A stretch of DNA of 64,000 nt from Eledone cirrhosa (GCA_964016885.1 OZ024749.1:40176001-40240000); one strand, 5' to 3'; shown: positions 1 to 14,234, numbered from the stretch's first letter. Translations and numbers: made by a program. The notes: generated by a model not told the origin, from the sequence alone.

Positions 1-129
1 CAAATAACGGCTTTGAGGATTCATATATAAATAAAACGTACATACGTAAATTTATTCCCAATATAACAACAAACACGCTGTATCAGTAGATTGGATGGAT
101 GGTCCTGTAATTCCTGAGGAAGTCATAGG

Positions 130-262
130 AGCGACGTTTTGGCATACGGCGTTTCTAGGGCATTTTTAAACCTGGCGGGTTTTTAAACCTGGCGGGGCCC
201 ATCTCTTCTCCAGATCTGAATATAGCAGATTTCTTCCACAGAAGGGTATTGAGTGAGAGAAT
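130..262. repeat. Dispersed unclassified repeat; inverted relative at ~54615-54722, diverged relative at ~7385-7480
   Basis: ggcatacggcgtttctagggcattttt...ctggcggggcccatc matches the reverse complement of 54615-54722 (ggtatacggcgtttgtagggcattttaagcttggcggagcccatc). Confidence 0.6.
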
Positions 263-776
263 GGAAGTGGAGAAGAGACACACAGGAAGAATCAACCTCA
301 GAACTAGACTGGTGCAATTTTTTTTTTTTTTTTTTTTTTCAACCCGGAATGAATGAGAGGCAAAGTTGACCTCGGCGGGATTCGAACTCAGAGAGCTGAG
401 AATCGTCGTTTTAACGACGGGGCCAATTCGTCGCTTATGCCAGTAGATTACTTGAGTTATTTATCTATAGAGATAAAATAAAAGATTAGATAATGATTGT
501 TCTCATTAATAAGGGTGTAATTTTAAATAACTAATTAAAATTACTTGGCTTGCTACAACAAGAATGCTAGGAGTCATTTTAGTCAATCTGTCTATCTATT
601 TATCTATCTATCTATCTCTGTACCTATGTCAATCTGTGTGTCAGCGTATTTATATATATTTATCTATGTCTATGTGTATCTAAGAAGAGGAAATCTCAGT
701 CATCCCTCCCACTAATCTTGGGGCTTCTGATAAGGGTCAAGGGCATTGCTCATCACAGCTTGACTACATACACACA

Positions 777-869
<93 letters not shown>

Positions 870-874
870 TATAT

Positions 875-1278
875 ACTAGCCGAATTACCCGCGCCTTGCT
901 GCGTTTCACATATTTTTTTAGTAAGAAAATGAGGATTGATTTTAAATCAGTGATATAATTTATGGATAAAAACTCAATCAGGGTGTCTTAGTATTATTGA
1001 AATTTGCTGAAATGTTGTGAATAGACATCATATCTTGTCATTTGCCTATGGTTTAAATTTCATATAAATGGAAAAACTCATATGAAGGGAAAAACTTTTC
1101 AGCTGGGGTTTGTGCCCCCGGGGAACCCTTTGATTAAAATGAAATATACTTATCCAAGTACCCTGGGCAATGTAGTTCAGCATATATATGGTTATGGAGG
1201 TCTATCTCCAAAACCATATGAGGAGTTCGTGAACACACAAACAAGCAGACAGGAACTACAACTTTATATATATATAAA
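875..1278. mobile_element. Non-autonomous Helitron/Helentron-associated (HINE/DINE-like) element; partial inverted copy at 27012-27165
   Basis: Starts TACTAGC...CCCGCG and ends in an ACAAACAAGCAGACAG tract then (TA)n; 1120-1275 recurs reverse-complemented at 27012-27165. Confidence 0.55.
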
Positions 1279-1512
1279 CAGTAGGCTGGACAATAACAAA
1301 TATTTAACTCCGTTCCTGCACCAACCACGAGATACTACATCTACGATAAATGATTTACATAGCGTCGAGTGCTTTAAATTATTACATCCTATTTTGCTAA
1401 CTGGAATGACCAGACCTAAACATTGGTAAACCACACAAAATAAATGGAATATATCTATAATATAAATATATATATATATATAATGTATAATTAACAATAC
1501 AATATAATTAAT

Positions 1513-1583
1513 TACCTCATTACCACAGGTTTCCCGAATAAATGAATACGAAAAACGTCCTCATTCGTTCATCGGACAAGGCA
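1513..1583 (-). ncRNA. Hammerhead ribozyme, inverted copy with CCGAUGA core variant
   Basis: Reverse complement: tgccttgt CCGATGA ... g GAAACC tgt GGTA atgaggta. Confidence 0.55.
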
Positions 1584-1588
1584 ATTAT

Positions 1589-1660
1589 TGCCTTGTCTGA
1601 TGAACGAATGAGGACGTTTTTCGTATTCGTCTTATTCGGGAAACCTCTGGTAATGAGGTA
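1589..1660 (+). ncRNA. Type I hammerhead ribozyme
   Basis: Stem I tgccttgt/atgaggta; CTGATGA 1597-1603; stem II cgaatgaggacg/cgtcttattcg; GAAA 1640-1643; stem III ACC-tct-GGT; GUA cleavage triplet; A.G mismatch at base of stem II. Confidence 0.75.
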
Positions 1661-1810
1661 ATTATATTGTATTGTTTATTATACATTAAATTTAGCTCTG
1701 TAACTTACATAGAGCACTCTTCACTCCTATGACTTTTTCAATTTTCAACGGAAACTTCAATACTTATATATATATATATATATATATATTAGTGTGTATA
1801 TATATATATA

Positions 1811-1871
<61 letters not shown>

Positions 1872-1943
1872 TGTTTTGTTGTTGTTTTTTGTAAACCGCT
1901 GATGCTGTTGTAGTTGTCAGTCTATCACCAGCCAGAACAACAA

Positions 1944-1975
<32 letters not shown>

Positions 1976-2059
1976 GAAAGAATTACATCAAGTACAATAT
2001 CATAGGAATGTTATAGTGGGATGCAGAAACTTTACATCAAATTATATAGTGGGGAAGTG

Positions 2060-2104
<45 letters not shown>

Positions 2105-3159
2105 GTGTGTGTATGAATATATGTATGTATATATTTGTGTGTTTACATTACTTTATAATTTGGAGGTTTCAATTTCTCTAATGGAGCTAATACAGGCACA
2201 CACAGCTATATATATATATATATATATATATATAATGTGTGGATGTATGTATGCATATATATATTTATACGTGTGTGTGAGCATATACATACACATAAAC
2301 ATACATTTATACATATACTTACATACATACATATAACATACATACATACACATACATATATACACATATACATGCATACATACACATACATATATACATA
2401 CATATATATATATATATATACATATATACATATATACATAAAGAGAGAGAAGAAGAAAAAACAAAGAAAAAAAACACCAACAGCGAATTGTAAAAAAAAA
2501 TCTAAGGTAACAGTAACAAGAACAACAACAACAACAACAGTAACAAGAACACCAACAACAACAGTAACAAGAACAAGCACAACAAAAACAGCAACAACAA
2601 CAACGAGAACATGAAGTCTAATTACATCAATAACAACAACAACAATACCAATAAAAACATCAACAACAACGTGGTGGTGGTGGTGGTGGCGGCGGCGGTG
2701 GCGGTGCTGGTGGTGGTGGTGGTGGTGGTGGTGGTGGTGGTGGTGGTGGCGGCGGCGGTGGTGGTGGTGGCGGTGGAGGGGCGGGGGGGATAAAAATGAT
2801 AAAGAGAAAAGGGAGGAGAAAGAAGAAGAAAAAGAGGAAGAGTAGAAGGAGAAAGAAGAAGAAAAAGAGAAACAAGAAAAAGAGAAAGAGAAGGAGGGTG
2901 ATGATGATGATGATGATGGGGGGGGGGGGGAGAACATTGTTCCAGATTCCATTGAATATATTAATGTAAACTATTCTGTATTATATCTAGAGTGAAAACA
3001 TCAATTTTCTGCCTATATCAACTAGACACACCGCCATAAACATACACAAAACACCAAATACCAAACACCAACACCGCCATATTTACCTCTCAACATCCTC
3101 CGCCGCCATCACGGCCGCCATCGCCATCGCCGCCGTCATCGCCGTCGCCGCCGCTGCAC

Positions 3160-3450
3160 TCTCACGTCACCATCAACACCACCACCATCATCAACACATT
3201 CTCAAGTCACCATCAACACCACCACCACCATCATCAACACATTCTGACGTCACTATCAACACCGCCACCACCATTATTATCAACACATTCTCAAGTCACC
3301 ATCAACACCACCACCATCATCAACACATTCTGACGTCACCATCAAAACCACCACCACCACCACCAACACATTCTGACGTCACTATCAACACCGCCACCAC
3401 CACCAACACATTCTGACGTCACTATCAACACCGCCACCACCATCATTATG
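3160..3450. repeat. ~45-50 bp CAC/CAT-rich minisatellite
   Basis: Repeated caacacattctgacgtcac(t/c)atcaacacc unit. Confidence 0.8.
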
Positions 3451-3451
3451 A

Positions 3452-4158
3452 TATCTCCTTCGACTTAACTAGAGCCCATTAATTTTGCTCCGTTAGAATT
3501 ATTTCAGCATGTATTGGTTGTGCCATAGAGATGTTCACCCTCGTAGCCAGATCTCACTTCGACATAACTAGAACCCATTAATTTTGCTTGGTTTGAATGT
3601 GTTGCCAAGTGTGTTGGTTGTGAAATAAAGATGTTCATCCTCATAACCAAATCTCACTTCGACATAATTAGAACCCATTAATTTTGCTCCGTTAGAATTT
3701 TTCTAATATATGTTGGTTGTGCAGTAGAGATGTTCACCTTCGTAGCCAGATCTCACCTCGACTTAACTGCAACCCGTTAATTTTGATCCGCTAGAAATTG
3801 TTCCAGCATATGTTGGTTGTACAGTAAAGATGTCCATCCTCGTAGCCAGATCTCACTTAGACTTAACTAGAACCCATTAATTTTGCTCCGTTAGAATTGT
3901 TCCTGCATGTATTGGTTGTGCAGTAGAGATGTTAATCCTCGTAGTCAGATCTCACTTAGACTTAACTAGAACCCATTAATTTTGCTCCATTAGAATTGTT
4001 ACTGCATGTATTGGTTGTGCAGTAGAGATGTTAATCCTCGTAGCCAGATCTCACAAGACTTAACTAGAACCCATTAATTTTTCTTGGTTAGAATTGTTCC
4101 AAGATATGTTGATTGTGCAGTATAGATGTTCACACTCGTAGCCAGATCTCACTTTGAT
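3452..4158. repeat. ~99-bp tandem minisatellite, ~7 diverged copies
   Basis: agatctcac...gacttaactagaacccattaattttg recurs every ~99 bp (~3549, 3650, 3748, 3848, 3947, 4046, 4145). Confidence 0.9.
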
Positions 4159-4492
4159 TAAACAGTCAAGAGATGTTTAGAATAATCAGAAATAAAGAAT
4201 GGATAGATTAAGCACTGTTTGAAGGCCATTAATGTTGTTTGGTTAGAATGACTCCAGACTCAAGCATGTGTTAGTTCTGCAATCAAATTATTATTCCATG
4301 TAACTAAATCTCACTTTCGTTCAACACCCAAAAAATGTTTATAGTCAGACATTGCAGTAAAGGATTTCGTATTTTTAATTCTTGATTTAGAAGGGGGGTT
4401 TAAATTCTCCCTGTATTTTCCTGTTTATAATACTATATATATATATAGTGACGAAACATAAGTCAATTGCATGAACTCATAATCCTTTATTT

Positions 4493-4548
4493 ACTGCTAT
4501 ATATATTTCGATGATAGCCATTGAATGGCTATGACCTCATCAGGCAGT
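4493..4548 (-). ncRNA. Type I minimal hammerhead ribozyme
   Basis: Reverse complement: actgc CTGATGA ggtc-atagccat-tca-atggctat-catc GAAA TATATATA gcagt; stem I actgc/gcagt, palindromic AU stem III, AUA site. Confidence 0.8.
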
Positions 4549-5570
4549 TAGTCAGTTTTTAGATATGCCAGCTCTGTGTTTATGGTGTTGATGGTATCAG
4601 AGCCTTGGAACATATATATATATATACTGTATATTATAAGAACAGGTTAAAGTTTAAGCAAAGAATCCCTGCTTTCACCCTTCACGGGATCTTCTGAAAT
4701 ATATATATATATATATATATACGGGAGTTGAATGTGTATGGATATAATTATATGTATGTATACATACATATAAATATATCCCCATACATACGCATACATT
4801 CATATATGCATAAGCATGCATACACATACATCCATCCATAAATACATACATACATAAATACATACATACATACATACATACATACATACATACATACATA
4901 CATACATACATACATACATACATACGTATATACATACATACACCAGAAGACTCCAACGGTCAACTGGTTGCACTAAATATAAAGAAGAAGCTATCTTATC
5001 AACTGTGAGTGTTTTATCTCTCAGTAAACACAACAAACAGTTTATGCAAATATGGCGCTCGATGGAAGTGATTTATTTACATGGTCGTCTGCTTTTTTGA
5101 TATTTTTGTATTTTTCTTGTTTTTGTTTTTGTTTTTGTTTAGGGGGTTTGCTTCTTTTTGTTTTTTCAACAATTTTATCCCCAAACCAACAGCGTCTCGG
5201 ATATTTACATATTTCACTGAAGAAGATACACAAGGAAGGGAACACAAACTCACACGTATACACGTATACACGCATACACACATCTGCACATATATGGACA
5301 CACACACACACGCTCACCACGTAAAATCTCAAATATATTTTTTTTATACGTGTCTCTGTGTGTGTGAGAGAGAGAGGTAGTGCGTGTGTGTGTGTGAGAG
5401 AATGTGTTTGTTTAACAATAAAATATCTATATAAATATATGCGTGGTGAGTGTTGCTTTATTTAGCTGTGATATGTTGGTCACGTGATATATGACCTTGT
5501 GTGAAGGTGGGAATTCTAGTAAATTTATTTCATATATATGTGTGTGTGTGTGCTGTGTACATATTTCTAA

Positions 5571-5617
<47 letters not shown>

Positions 5618-5619
5618 TA

Positions 5620-6000
5620 TTCCGAGGGCATGTTTTTGCACATAAGCAAGACACTTTTATTTCACGTTACTCCAATCCGTTCAGCTGGAGTAAAATGAGT
5701 TGTACCTGTAATTCAAACAGGCCAGCTTTGTCACACACCGTATTACGCTGAGTCTCGGAATCTCCACGACAATTGCGTTAAAAATACCCGTTGATTTCAG
5801 CAGTATACTCTTCTGTTGTTCGAACAACTAAAACACTCATCGTTGAAACCGACGGAGGCTCCACAGAATATATAACAATGTCACACACTGTCACGTTGAA
5901 TCTCCCTGAGAACTACGTTAAGGTTACACTTTGATTCCACGAGCAGTCTGTTCCGTTGAATCGAAAAACTGGAGCACTTGTCGTCGGAACTGACGGATGT
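5620..6000 (+). mobile_element. Degenerate CORE-type tRNA SINE (family of 50600-50927)
   Basis: agcaagacactttt atttcacgttactcc...cagctgg...aaaatgagt...ggccagctttgtcaca; duplicated tail. Confidence 0.6.
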
Positions 6001-6063
6001 CCAATATTATAAACATACGTATATGCGTGTGTATGTGTGTGTTTCTGTATGTATGTGTGTATA

Positions 6064-6105
<42 letters not shown>

Positions 6106-8372
6106 CCTATTTATGTACGTGCATTTATAATAATTTGTATATTTATACTTTCGTCTATATGGTCGGCGACAGGGACCAGATTTCCAGAATTCCATAAAAA
6201 TTAGGGAGATTCCATCAATTGAATTCCATGAAATAAAATTCCAGTGATTTCTTCTGCGATAGAAAATAGGGTGTGGGATTAGACTAAAGAAAAGAAAGAG
6301 AGCCCCAAAATATGGAGAGAAAAATCAAAGAAAAATGTAAGTAACGGAGATGAAAATACAGATTACGAGGAATAAAAAATGAAGGAAAAATGCTAGATAT
6401 GGAGAAGCAAAAATGTTAGACATGTAATATAATTGCAAGCTTTAGAGTCAACTGAATGTGGAAGAGAAGTCTTCTATTTTTATACAGTTCTTTTCTTCCA
6501 TTTCTTTATATATATATCTGTGTGGTGTGTGTGTGTGGCGTGTGTGTGTGTGTGTGTGTGCGTGTGTAAATATATATTAATATATATGCATATATATAAA
6601 TGTGTGTGTATAAATATATATATATATACTTTGGGAGGATCATATATATATAGATATACACACACACACATATTGCTGTCTTATTCTTTCCCCCCACCTA
6701 TTCTTATTTTATTGTTATTTTTTTCTGAGATATAAGATCGATTATAATGTCGTAGGATTACCTAATAATTTGCTTGAATGCATGCGGCTTATTACTAAAT
6801 AAAATACAACAGAAAAATGGCGGCGCATACATCCGAGTATTCATTCGGCAGACAATATCTCGAAAAATGTACTGACGTTGTGTAATTATTCATTTATAAC
6901 CATGTGATTCTTTCAGAATCAAAGATACTGACGTCCCAGTAGCCACCAACAATGGCTACCACAGCTTTGTTCGTTAATACTACTAGCACCATTATTACCG
7001 CCTTCTCCACCCCCACCACCAACAACAACAATGATAACAGCAAATCATTGAAGGAGCTTATCTATGGTTGCTCAACTTGCTAGAAATAGCAACTAAATCG
7101 CTTTGAAGTCACAGCTTAACATTTTAAAAAGCGGAAAACACATTCGATAATGTAGTTGTAGAAACTATTAAAAGAACAGGACTAACTATGAGCTAATCGA
7201 ACTACCACGATAGTAACCTAAATATACCCGTGCAGATATACAGATATATTTTCATTTTGATCCTGGAACAATAAAATTTAAAGTCAACTTAAGGTGAATA
7301 GATATAACTACCGTCTTTGAACTAGGAATTTAAAAAAAGATAAAGGCTCCTTAACTCATGGTGGAGCCTTGGGGACTTCGTTATGAGACATGGTGCAACT
7401 TGAACATTTTAAATCTGGCAGAGCTCATCTCTCTTCGGGTCGAATCACAGAGGATTTCTGCTAGAGAAGGAGAGAGCGAGGGAAAATAATAAAGAAATAT
7501 AGAGGAAAAATCGGCCTTAGCAATAGTCTAAAGTCCAAAGTCTATCTCAGGCCCGGAAGCTCATCAAGTCGATGCTTATTCCGACTGAGAGTAAACAACT
7601 CCCTCATGGACATGACGCCTGTTGCTGATACTCATTTTCATCTGAGTATACTGGAGCAACGTGAAATGAAGTGCTTTGCTCAAGAACACAACAGATAATT
7701 CGGTCCAGAAATCGAATTCACGACATGATGCTCTTAAGTTCAACACCCCTACCCCTAGATGACACGCCTCCACATTCCTCAGTACTGGACTGATACTTTT
7801 TTTATCAGACCTCGAAAAGATTAAAGACAAAGTTGACCTCGGTGGGATTTGAACTCATATCTCAGTGAGCTGGAATATATGAGGAGTTTTAATCCGACAC
7901 CCCAATCACTCCCAATTCACCGATGTAAATGTTGACAAAAGTACATGAAACTTCACCCTAGATTATTTCATCAAATTCTTTCAAATTGTTGGGTCCTTCA
8001 AATATTTTCACTGCTTCCACGAATATTAGTTATTCAACATAGCCAAAAATTCAACAAAAAAATAAATAATAAAATACTGAAAATAATTTCAGTCCAGATC
8101 CCCATCTCATATATTAAAGTGGTGTGTGAATAAATCCCAGATTTCTTTAAAAGAATGTTTTAATGACTTATGCTCAGTTATGCTGATAAAATGATAGAGA
8201 CGACGACAGCGACGACAAGTTACTAGAAACGTTCTGAAGTTGTCTGGTAAATCCATTAACTGCTAAAGAAAAATATGTTTTACATACCGATTAGTATCAA
8301 TATATCAATCAGTAAGTAACACATGGAATAAAATATACATATTTTTGTTAACCCTTTTTAATGATCGACTTT

Positions 8373-8625
8373 CGTCGAATCGGACCGAGGAAACAATGTT
8401 TCCGTTGGTCTTTCCAGTTGCTAGTACTATCTATCGGTCGCAACTCCAGATAGAAGGAGCAACGTCAGTTACTAGTACTATCTATCGGTCGCAACTCCAG
8501 GTAGAAGGAGCAACGTGAAATAAAGTGTCTTGCCCAAGGACATAACGCATCGCCCGGTCCAGGAATCGAACTCACAACCTCAACATTGTGAATCCAATTT
8601 TCTAACCACTCAGCTACACGCCTTG
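8373..8625 (-). mobile_element. CORE-type tRNA SINE, young family (also 10783-10995, 11338-11430 partial, 32211-32388, 63806-64000)
   Basis: A box TGGCTGAGTGG, B box GAGTTCGATTC and CORE-like TGTCCTTGAGCAAGACACTT in the family; this copy has an internal ~50-bp duplication. Confidence 0.85.
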
Positions 8626-9037
8626 TTAACCCTTTATATGTGAAACAACTTGAAATCGACCCTAGTTCTGAAATATAAAGCCGCTTGTTTTCAAATGTTT
8701 CTAATTATATTAAAACCTTTCATCATAATTTTATGTAAGAATATTTTGACAAGTAACGTTCTAAACATCAGATTAATAATGGTTTCTGATTTAGGCATAA
8801 CGCCAAATGTTTTCAATCTAACCTCCACGCCACCACAGTTTGAATTACCATCTAACAATGTTTCACCCGCGACCCTATTGAGAAAGCTTTTCAAACTTCA
8901 ATATTTTATAGTCCCAAACAGAATTAAATCTGACGCAGCATGTTTTTCTTTCTAAACTGTTTGAGGGAGATTTTGCTGAAATTTCTTATAGATCCAGGGA
9001 CCATGTAGAAAAGCTTTATCGTTTCTAACGGGCCTAT

Positions 9038-9432
9038 AATGGTTTCTGATTTAGGTACAAGACCAACAATTTTAGGGGATGGGGATTAGTCGATTAAATC
9101 TACCCCCCAATGCATTACTGCTACTTTATTTTTATCGACCCCGAAGCTAACTCGGTGGGATTTGAACTCAGAATGTAAAGGGCCGTAATTCTATGCTAAG
9201 AAGCATGGTGTCCGACGCTCTATTCATATTGGCAAATGTTTTCTGATTTAGGCACAAGGCCAACAATTTCTGGTGGGAGAAAGTCGGTTAAATCGATCCC
9301 AGCGCGTTACTGGTACTTTATTCTATCGACCTTGAAAGGATGAAAGGCAAAGCTAACCTCGGCGGGAATTGGAACTAAAAAAAGTAAATGGCCGTAACTC
9401 TCCGTCGTTCTACCGATTACTGCCAATCCACC
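9038..9432 (-). mobile_element. Two tandem copies of the ~195-bp tRNA SINE family A
   Basis: ggcacaaggcc...tactggtactttatt..atcgacc...ctcggcggga.ttgaactc in both copies. Confidence 0.8.
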
Positions 9433-9462
9433 CTAACCCTAACCCTAACCCTAACCCTAACC
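9431..9462. repeat. Short interstitial telomeric repeat (CCCTAA)5
   Basis: ccctaaccctaaccctaaccctaaccctaacc. Confidence 0.9.
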
Positions 9463-9538
9463 TTCAGATTAATAGTGAGAACATTAGTTATTTTACTAAA
9501 TACCTCCAATATTTTATCATTTTCAAAGCCACAACCTG

Positions 9539-9832
9539 GTGCAGTCTGCGACTAACCCAGGTTCTGCTGCACGTCCGGCTGAGGAGGCCAAACTCTTCAA
9601 ATACCGATCGCTCTCCGACAGGTTTGCGGTTGTACCCTTGTCAGTGGAGACTTCTGGTGTCCTCGGCCCTAGGGCTACCTCCATACTCACCACCATAGGC
9701 GCTGAGCTGGCCAGCCGCAGATGTGTGCACTGCGAGCTGGAATGGCTTTTCCAGCGCGTCTCCCTTGCCGTCCTCCGGGGAAACGCCTTCTCAATTCTGT
9801 CCGCCGGGGCTATGGGGAGGCCACCAATATGA
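9539..9832 (+). pseudogene. 3' fragment of a CRE-like non-LTR retrotransposon (restriction-like endonuclease C-terminus)
   Basis: AEEAKLFKY...VPLSVETSGVLG...LFQRVSLAVLRGNA matches the K..KY / P..ET.G..G / QR.S.A..RGNA signature; GC-rich island in AT-rich DNA. Confidence 0.8.
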
Positions 9833-9887
9833 TTGACTGACTTGTCATCTTATCAGTCAGATGTTTTTAGACATCATCCACTGCTCA

Positions 9888-10217
9888 TTGAAACACATTG
9901 GTAGTGCCTTTCCTTAAAAATATGATAAGAAAAGGGTTAAAATTATATTCCTTATAGTGAGAAAATTCTAATATTTTGAGCAAAGAAATCTTCATCATTG
10001 AAGAGAGAAGAGCCATGTTCGAGTCCTATTGAAGTCCACAGATACAACAAACAGTAGAATTGTTGTCACTATAAGGAATATACATTTAACCCTTTTCTTA
10101 TTATATTTCTAAGGAAAGAAACTACCATTGTTTCAATTCTGATGTTTTGAGCAAAGGATTTTCATCGTCGAAGAAAGAGGAACCATGTTCGAGTCTTATC
10201 CACAGATACAACAAACA
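9888..10217. repeat. Local inverted plus direct duplication
   Basis: ~9890-9960 is inverted at ~10066-10138; ~9975-10035 is directly repeated at ~10145-10217. Confidence 0.7.
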
Positions 10218-10636
10218 ATGGTGATCATTGGGGTTGGGGTGAAATAATGCAATGGGGTGGAGGTAGTGCAGGAAGAAACACATGAATCTTTAGACAGAGA
10301 TCTAGAGGCCAGCAGGAAGGAGCATTTATCTACGCGGTGACTCGACCTGCTAGAAATAACAGTCAAATTTTCCTAAAACTCACAACCCATAGTCCTAGCT
10401 TAAAACTAAAAGGACCATACTGTGTTGGATGTTGAAATGGATGAGACAGGGTGGCCACAGTAGTAAGACCTTTGACCACAGATCTGCTCGGTTAGAGATG
10501 ACTTGGTGCTAAAATATAACGACGAAAATAAGACTATTCAACTATATTTTGCATGATACCAACAACTCTAACCTTAGTTATAATACACACACATACACAC
10601 ACACATACCACACACGCACACACGTATTTATATATA

Positions 10637-10677
<41 letters not shown>

Positions 10678-11441
10678 GTGGGAGAATAAGCCATATATAG
10701 GAGATGATAGTGGTGTTGATTCTTTCCGACAAACGTTCCTATGTATATGTATGTATGTAAACCTGTGCATATATAAAGGAACGATCGACTTTCGTCAAAT
10801 CGGACCGAGGGAACAATGTTTCCGTTGGTCTTTCCAACTGCTAATACTATCTGTCGGTCGCAACTCCAAGTATAAGGAGCAACGTGAAATAAAGTGTCTT
10901 GCTCAAGGACATAACGCATCGCCTGGTCCAGGAATCGAACTCACAACCTCACGATTGCGAATCCAATTCCCTAACCACTCAGCCACACGCCTTCATATAT
11001 ATATAGATAGATAAATATATATAAATGCCTGTGCATAGAGGTCTTGATGTGGTACCAACACCAGTATTTCACCGTACTACCTACACTATATATATATATA
11101 TCAAAAATGTTTTCCTGACTTCAGTTTTTTTCGTCGCTATGGTCACTGCGGCTCGTCTATCGGTCGCTGTATTCGATTTGCAAAGCTGTCTAAACGTAAT
11201 GTTTTAACTCTAGGGTAATATACCCTATTGAGTGCTTAGCTGCACATCGAGACTGCATTCGTTAGCTTGGCTGCAGCCAGAACTTCGTTCATGCTGTGCT
11301 AAATTTTTTATATATATATATATATATATATGACAGTCGATTGACTTTCGTCAAATCGGACCGAGGAAACAATGTTTCCATTGGTCTTTCCAATTGCTAA
11401 TACTATCTATCGGTCGCAACTCCAGGTAGATATAGATATAG

Positions 11442-11546
<105 letters not shown>

Positions 11547-11565
11547 GAGAGAGAGAGAGAGATTA

Positions 11566-11603
<38 letters not shown>

Positions 11604-11665
11604 AGAGAGAGAGAGATTAATATATATATATATCTAGAGAGAGAGAGAGAGAGATTAATACATAC

Positions 11666-11767
<102 letters not shown>

Positions 11768-12072
11768 GCAAATATAAGAGGTGATAGCGGTGTTAATTCT
11801 TCTGACAAACGTTCCACAGAGACAACAATGAAACGCCGTCCAACAAAACAGTTTGTGTCTTGTCTTCTATTAACTTCTGTCTCTGTCTTCACCAGTTCTT
11901 CTCTCCTCCAGGAGAGAGATGGAGAGTGGGTGGGGGCGATGGGAGGGTACAGTGGGGCGGGGGGAGAAAGGAGAAGCCAACCACTGCAGATTTTCTGGCT
12001 TTGTGTCAATTGTTAAAAAAACATCTTAATTTGATTTAAGTGCCTTTGTTAAACTTTGTTATACTTATTATC

Positions 12073-12126
<54 letters not shown>

Positions 12127-12139
12127 CAGCAGAAGCAGC

Positions 12140-12182
<43 letters not shown>

Positions 12183-12964
12183 AGTACTACTAACCCCATC
12201 ACCACTACCATCATCATAACCATCACCATCATAACCATCACCACCTATCACCACCACCACCACCGCCAACACCATCACTATCACCACACCTATCACCATC
12301 ATCATTACCACCACGACTAACCCCACCGCCACCACCATCACCTTCATTATCATCATCACTATCACCACTAACCCCACCGCCACCACCACCATCACCTTCA
12401 CCATCATCATCACTATCACCACCACCATCACCACAGCCACCACTAACCCCCACCAACACTACTAACCCCCACCACTGCTACCACCATCATCATCACCATC
12501 ATCATCATCACTATGACCATCACCACCACCACCACTAACCCCACCACCACTACCATCACCCTCATCATCATCATCATCGCCATTGTAAATATATTTTATT
12601 ATTTCAAGATAAAAATGTTTCCTTTTTTTTTCTTCTCTTAATCCTTCTTTTCCGTTTTTCGTAATGTATTCATTTAAATTCGAACCCTGGGACACCAGGT
12701 TTAACTGTCAGGTGTTTCTATGTGTTGTTGTTGTTGTTGTTTTGCATTTTGACCGCCTCAAGATTTAGGTTAGACGTTGATGGATCGATAAACATTCATA
12801 AGAGTACATGATACTACCTTCTTACGTCACAGCTTCGGTTGGAAGTGATTGGTGGGGGTGGTAAAGTATAGGGGATGGGGGGGGGTAGATAGAGAGATAG
12901 AGAGATAGAGAGATGAATAGATAGAGATATAGGTAGGTAGGTAGGTAGGTAGGTAGGTACATAG

Positions 12965-13040
12965 ATAGATAGATATGTTTCTTTATTAGCCACAGGGGCA
13001 CAAAAGAAGGGGATAAATACAAAGGGGGAAGTTTACATGC
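12965..13040 (-). mobile_element. 3' end of a (TATC)n-tailed retroelement; other copies at 46836-46890 and 52665-52920
   Basis: On minus ...cccctgtggctAATAAAgaaacatatc(tatc)n; three copies, all in GATA tracts. Confidence 0.6.
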
Positions 13041-13228
13041 AATATAGATAGATAGATAAATAGATAGATAGATAGATATATCTCCCTCTCTCCCTCTAAC
13101 TGTCTCGCTCTCTCTGTCTGTTTAACTCCATCTCCGTCTCTCTCTCTCTCTATCTATCTCTCTATCTCGCTCTCTCGAACTCTATCTTTACCTATCTACA
13201 CACAACACACATAGAATATAGTAAAATG

Positions 13229-13268
<40 letters not shown>

Positions 13269-13290
13269 CAGTAGCAGCAGCAGCAGCAAC

Positions 13291-13349
<59 letters not shown>

Positions 13350-13407
13350 CAGCAGCAACAGTAGTGGTAGTAGTAGTAGTAGTAGCAGCAGCAGCAGCAG
13401 CAGCAAC

Positions 13408-13451
<44 letters not shown>

Positions 13452-13545
13452 CAGAAGCAGCAACAGTAGTAGTAGTAGTAACAATGTCTCATCCAAAGCC
13501 ACCCACTGGAAAGTGAAACATAGACAAACCTTTTACTTCAACATA

Positions 13546-13928
13546 CCGTATTTCCCGGCGCCGAAGACGCTTCGTTCTCGAGGACGAACCCTAATTTTGA
13601 CAAACAAAAATTTGAAAAAAAATAATTGTTTCTACTTTTGGCACAAGGCCAGCAAATACCCAGTGCATTACTGGTACTTTATTTTATCGACCCCGTAAGG
13701 ATGAAAGGCAAAGTCAACCTCGGCGGGATTTGAACTCAGATCGTAAAGGGACGTAACTATGCTGAAAAGCATGGCGCCCGACCCTCTACCGATACTGCCA
13801 ATCCACCGCCCTATTTGCAAAAAATTTGAAAAAAAATAATGAACAACCTTCGGCCTCCTGGACGTATGGTAGATTTTTTTAGACTTATTTTGGGGAAAAA
13901 GTAGCTTCTTCGACGCCGGGAAATACGG
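13546..13928. mobile_element. Tc1/mariner-pogo type MITE with nested SINE A (13620-13812, minus)
   Basis: TIRs ccgtatttcccggcgccgaaga / tcttcgacgccgggaaatacgg with TA on both sides; SINE flanked by duplicated aaaaatttgaaaaaaaataat. Confidence 0.8.
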
Positions 13929-14179
13929 TAACTTTATATTTCTAATGACTTGTTAACAGTACTAATATTACCAACTGATATTATCTGTAGGTCACAACTA
14001 CTGGGAGAAAGGGGTGGGATTTGAACTCGAAACACACAGAGCCGGATCAAATACCACAAGCATCCTATACTAGTATGTTTCTGTGGAACATTCAGTCACT
14101 TGCACTTTAATTTCACGAGTAGGCAGTTCCGTTGATCAAACAACTGGAACACACTCGTCGTCGACACCGACGGAGATCC

Positions 14180-14234
<55 letters not shown>

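Larger units (their letters stand above)
1481..1763. mobile_element. Palindromic (TA)n-flanked element carrying two inverted HHRs (Penelope pLTR-like)
   Basis: Arms ~1481-1585 and ~1587-1688 are inverted repeats; tail 1708-1763 recurs inverted at ~59019-59075. Confidence 0.75.
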
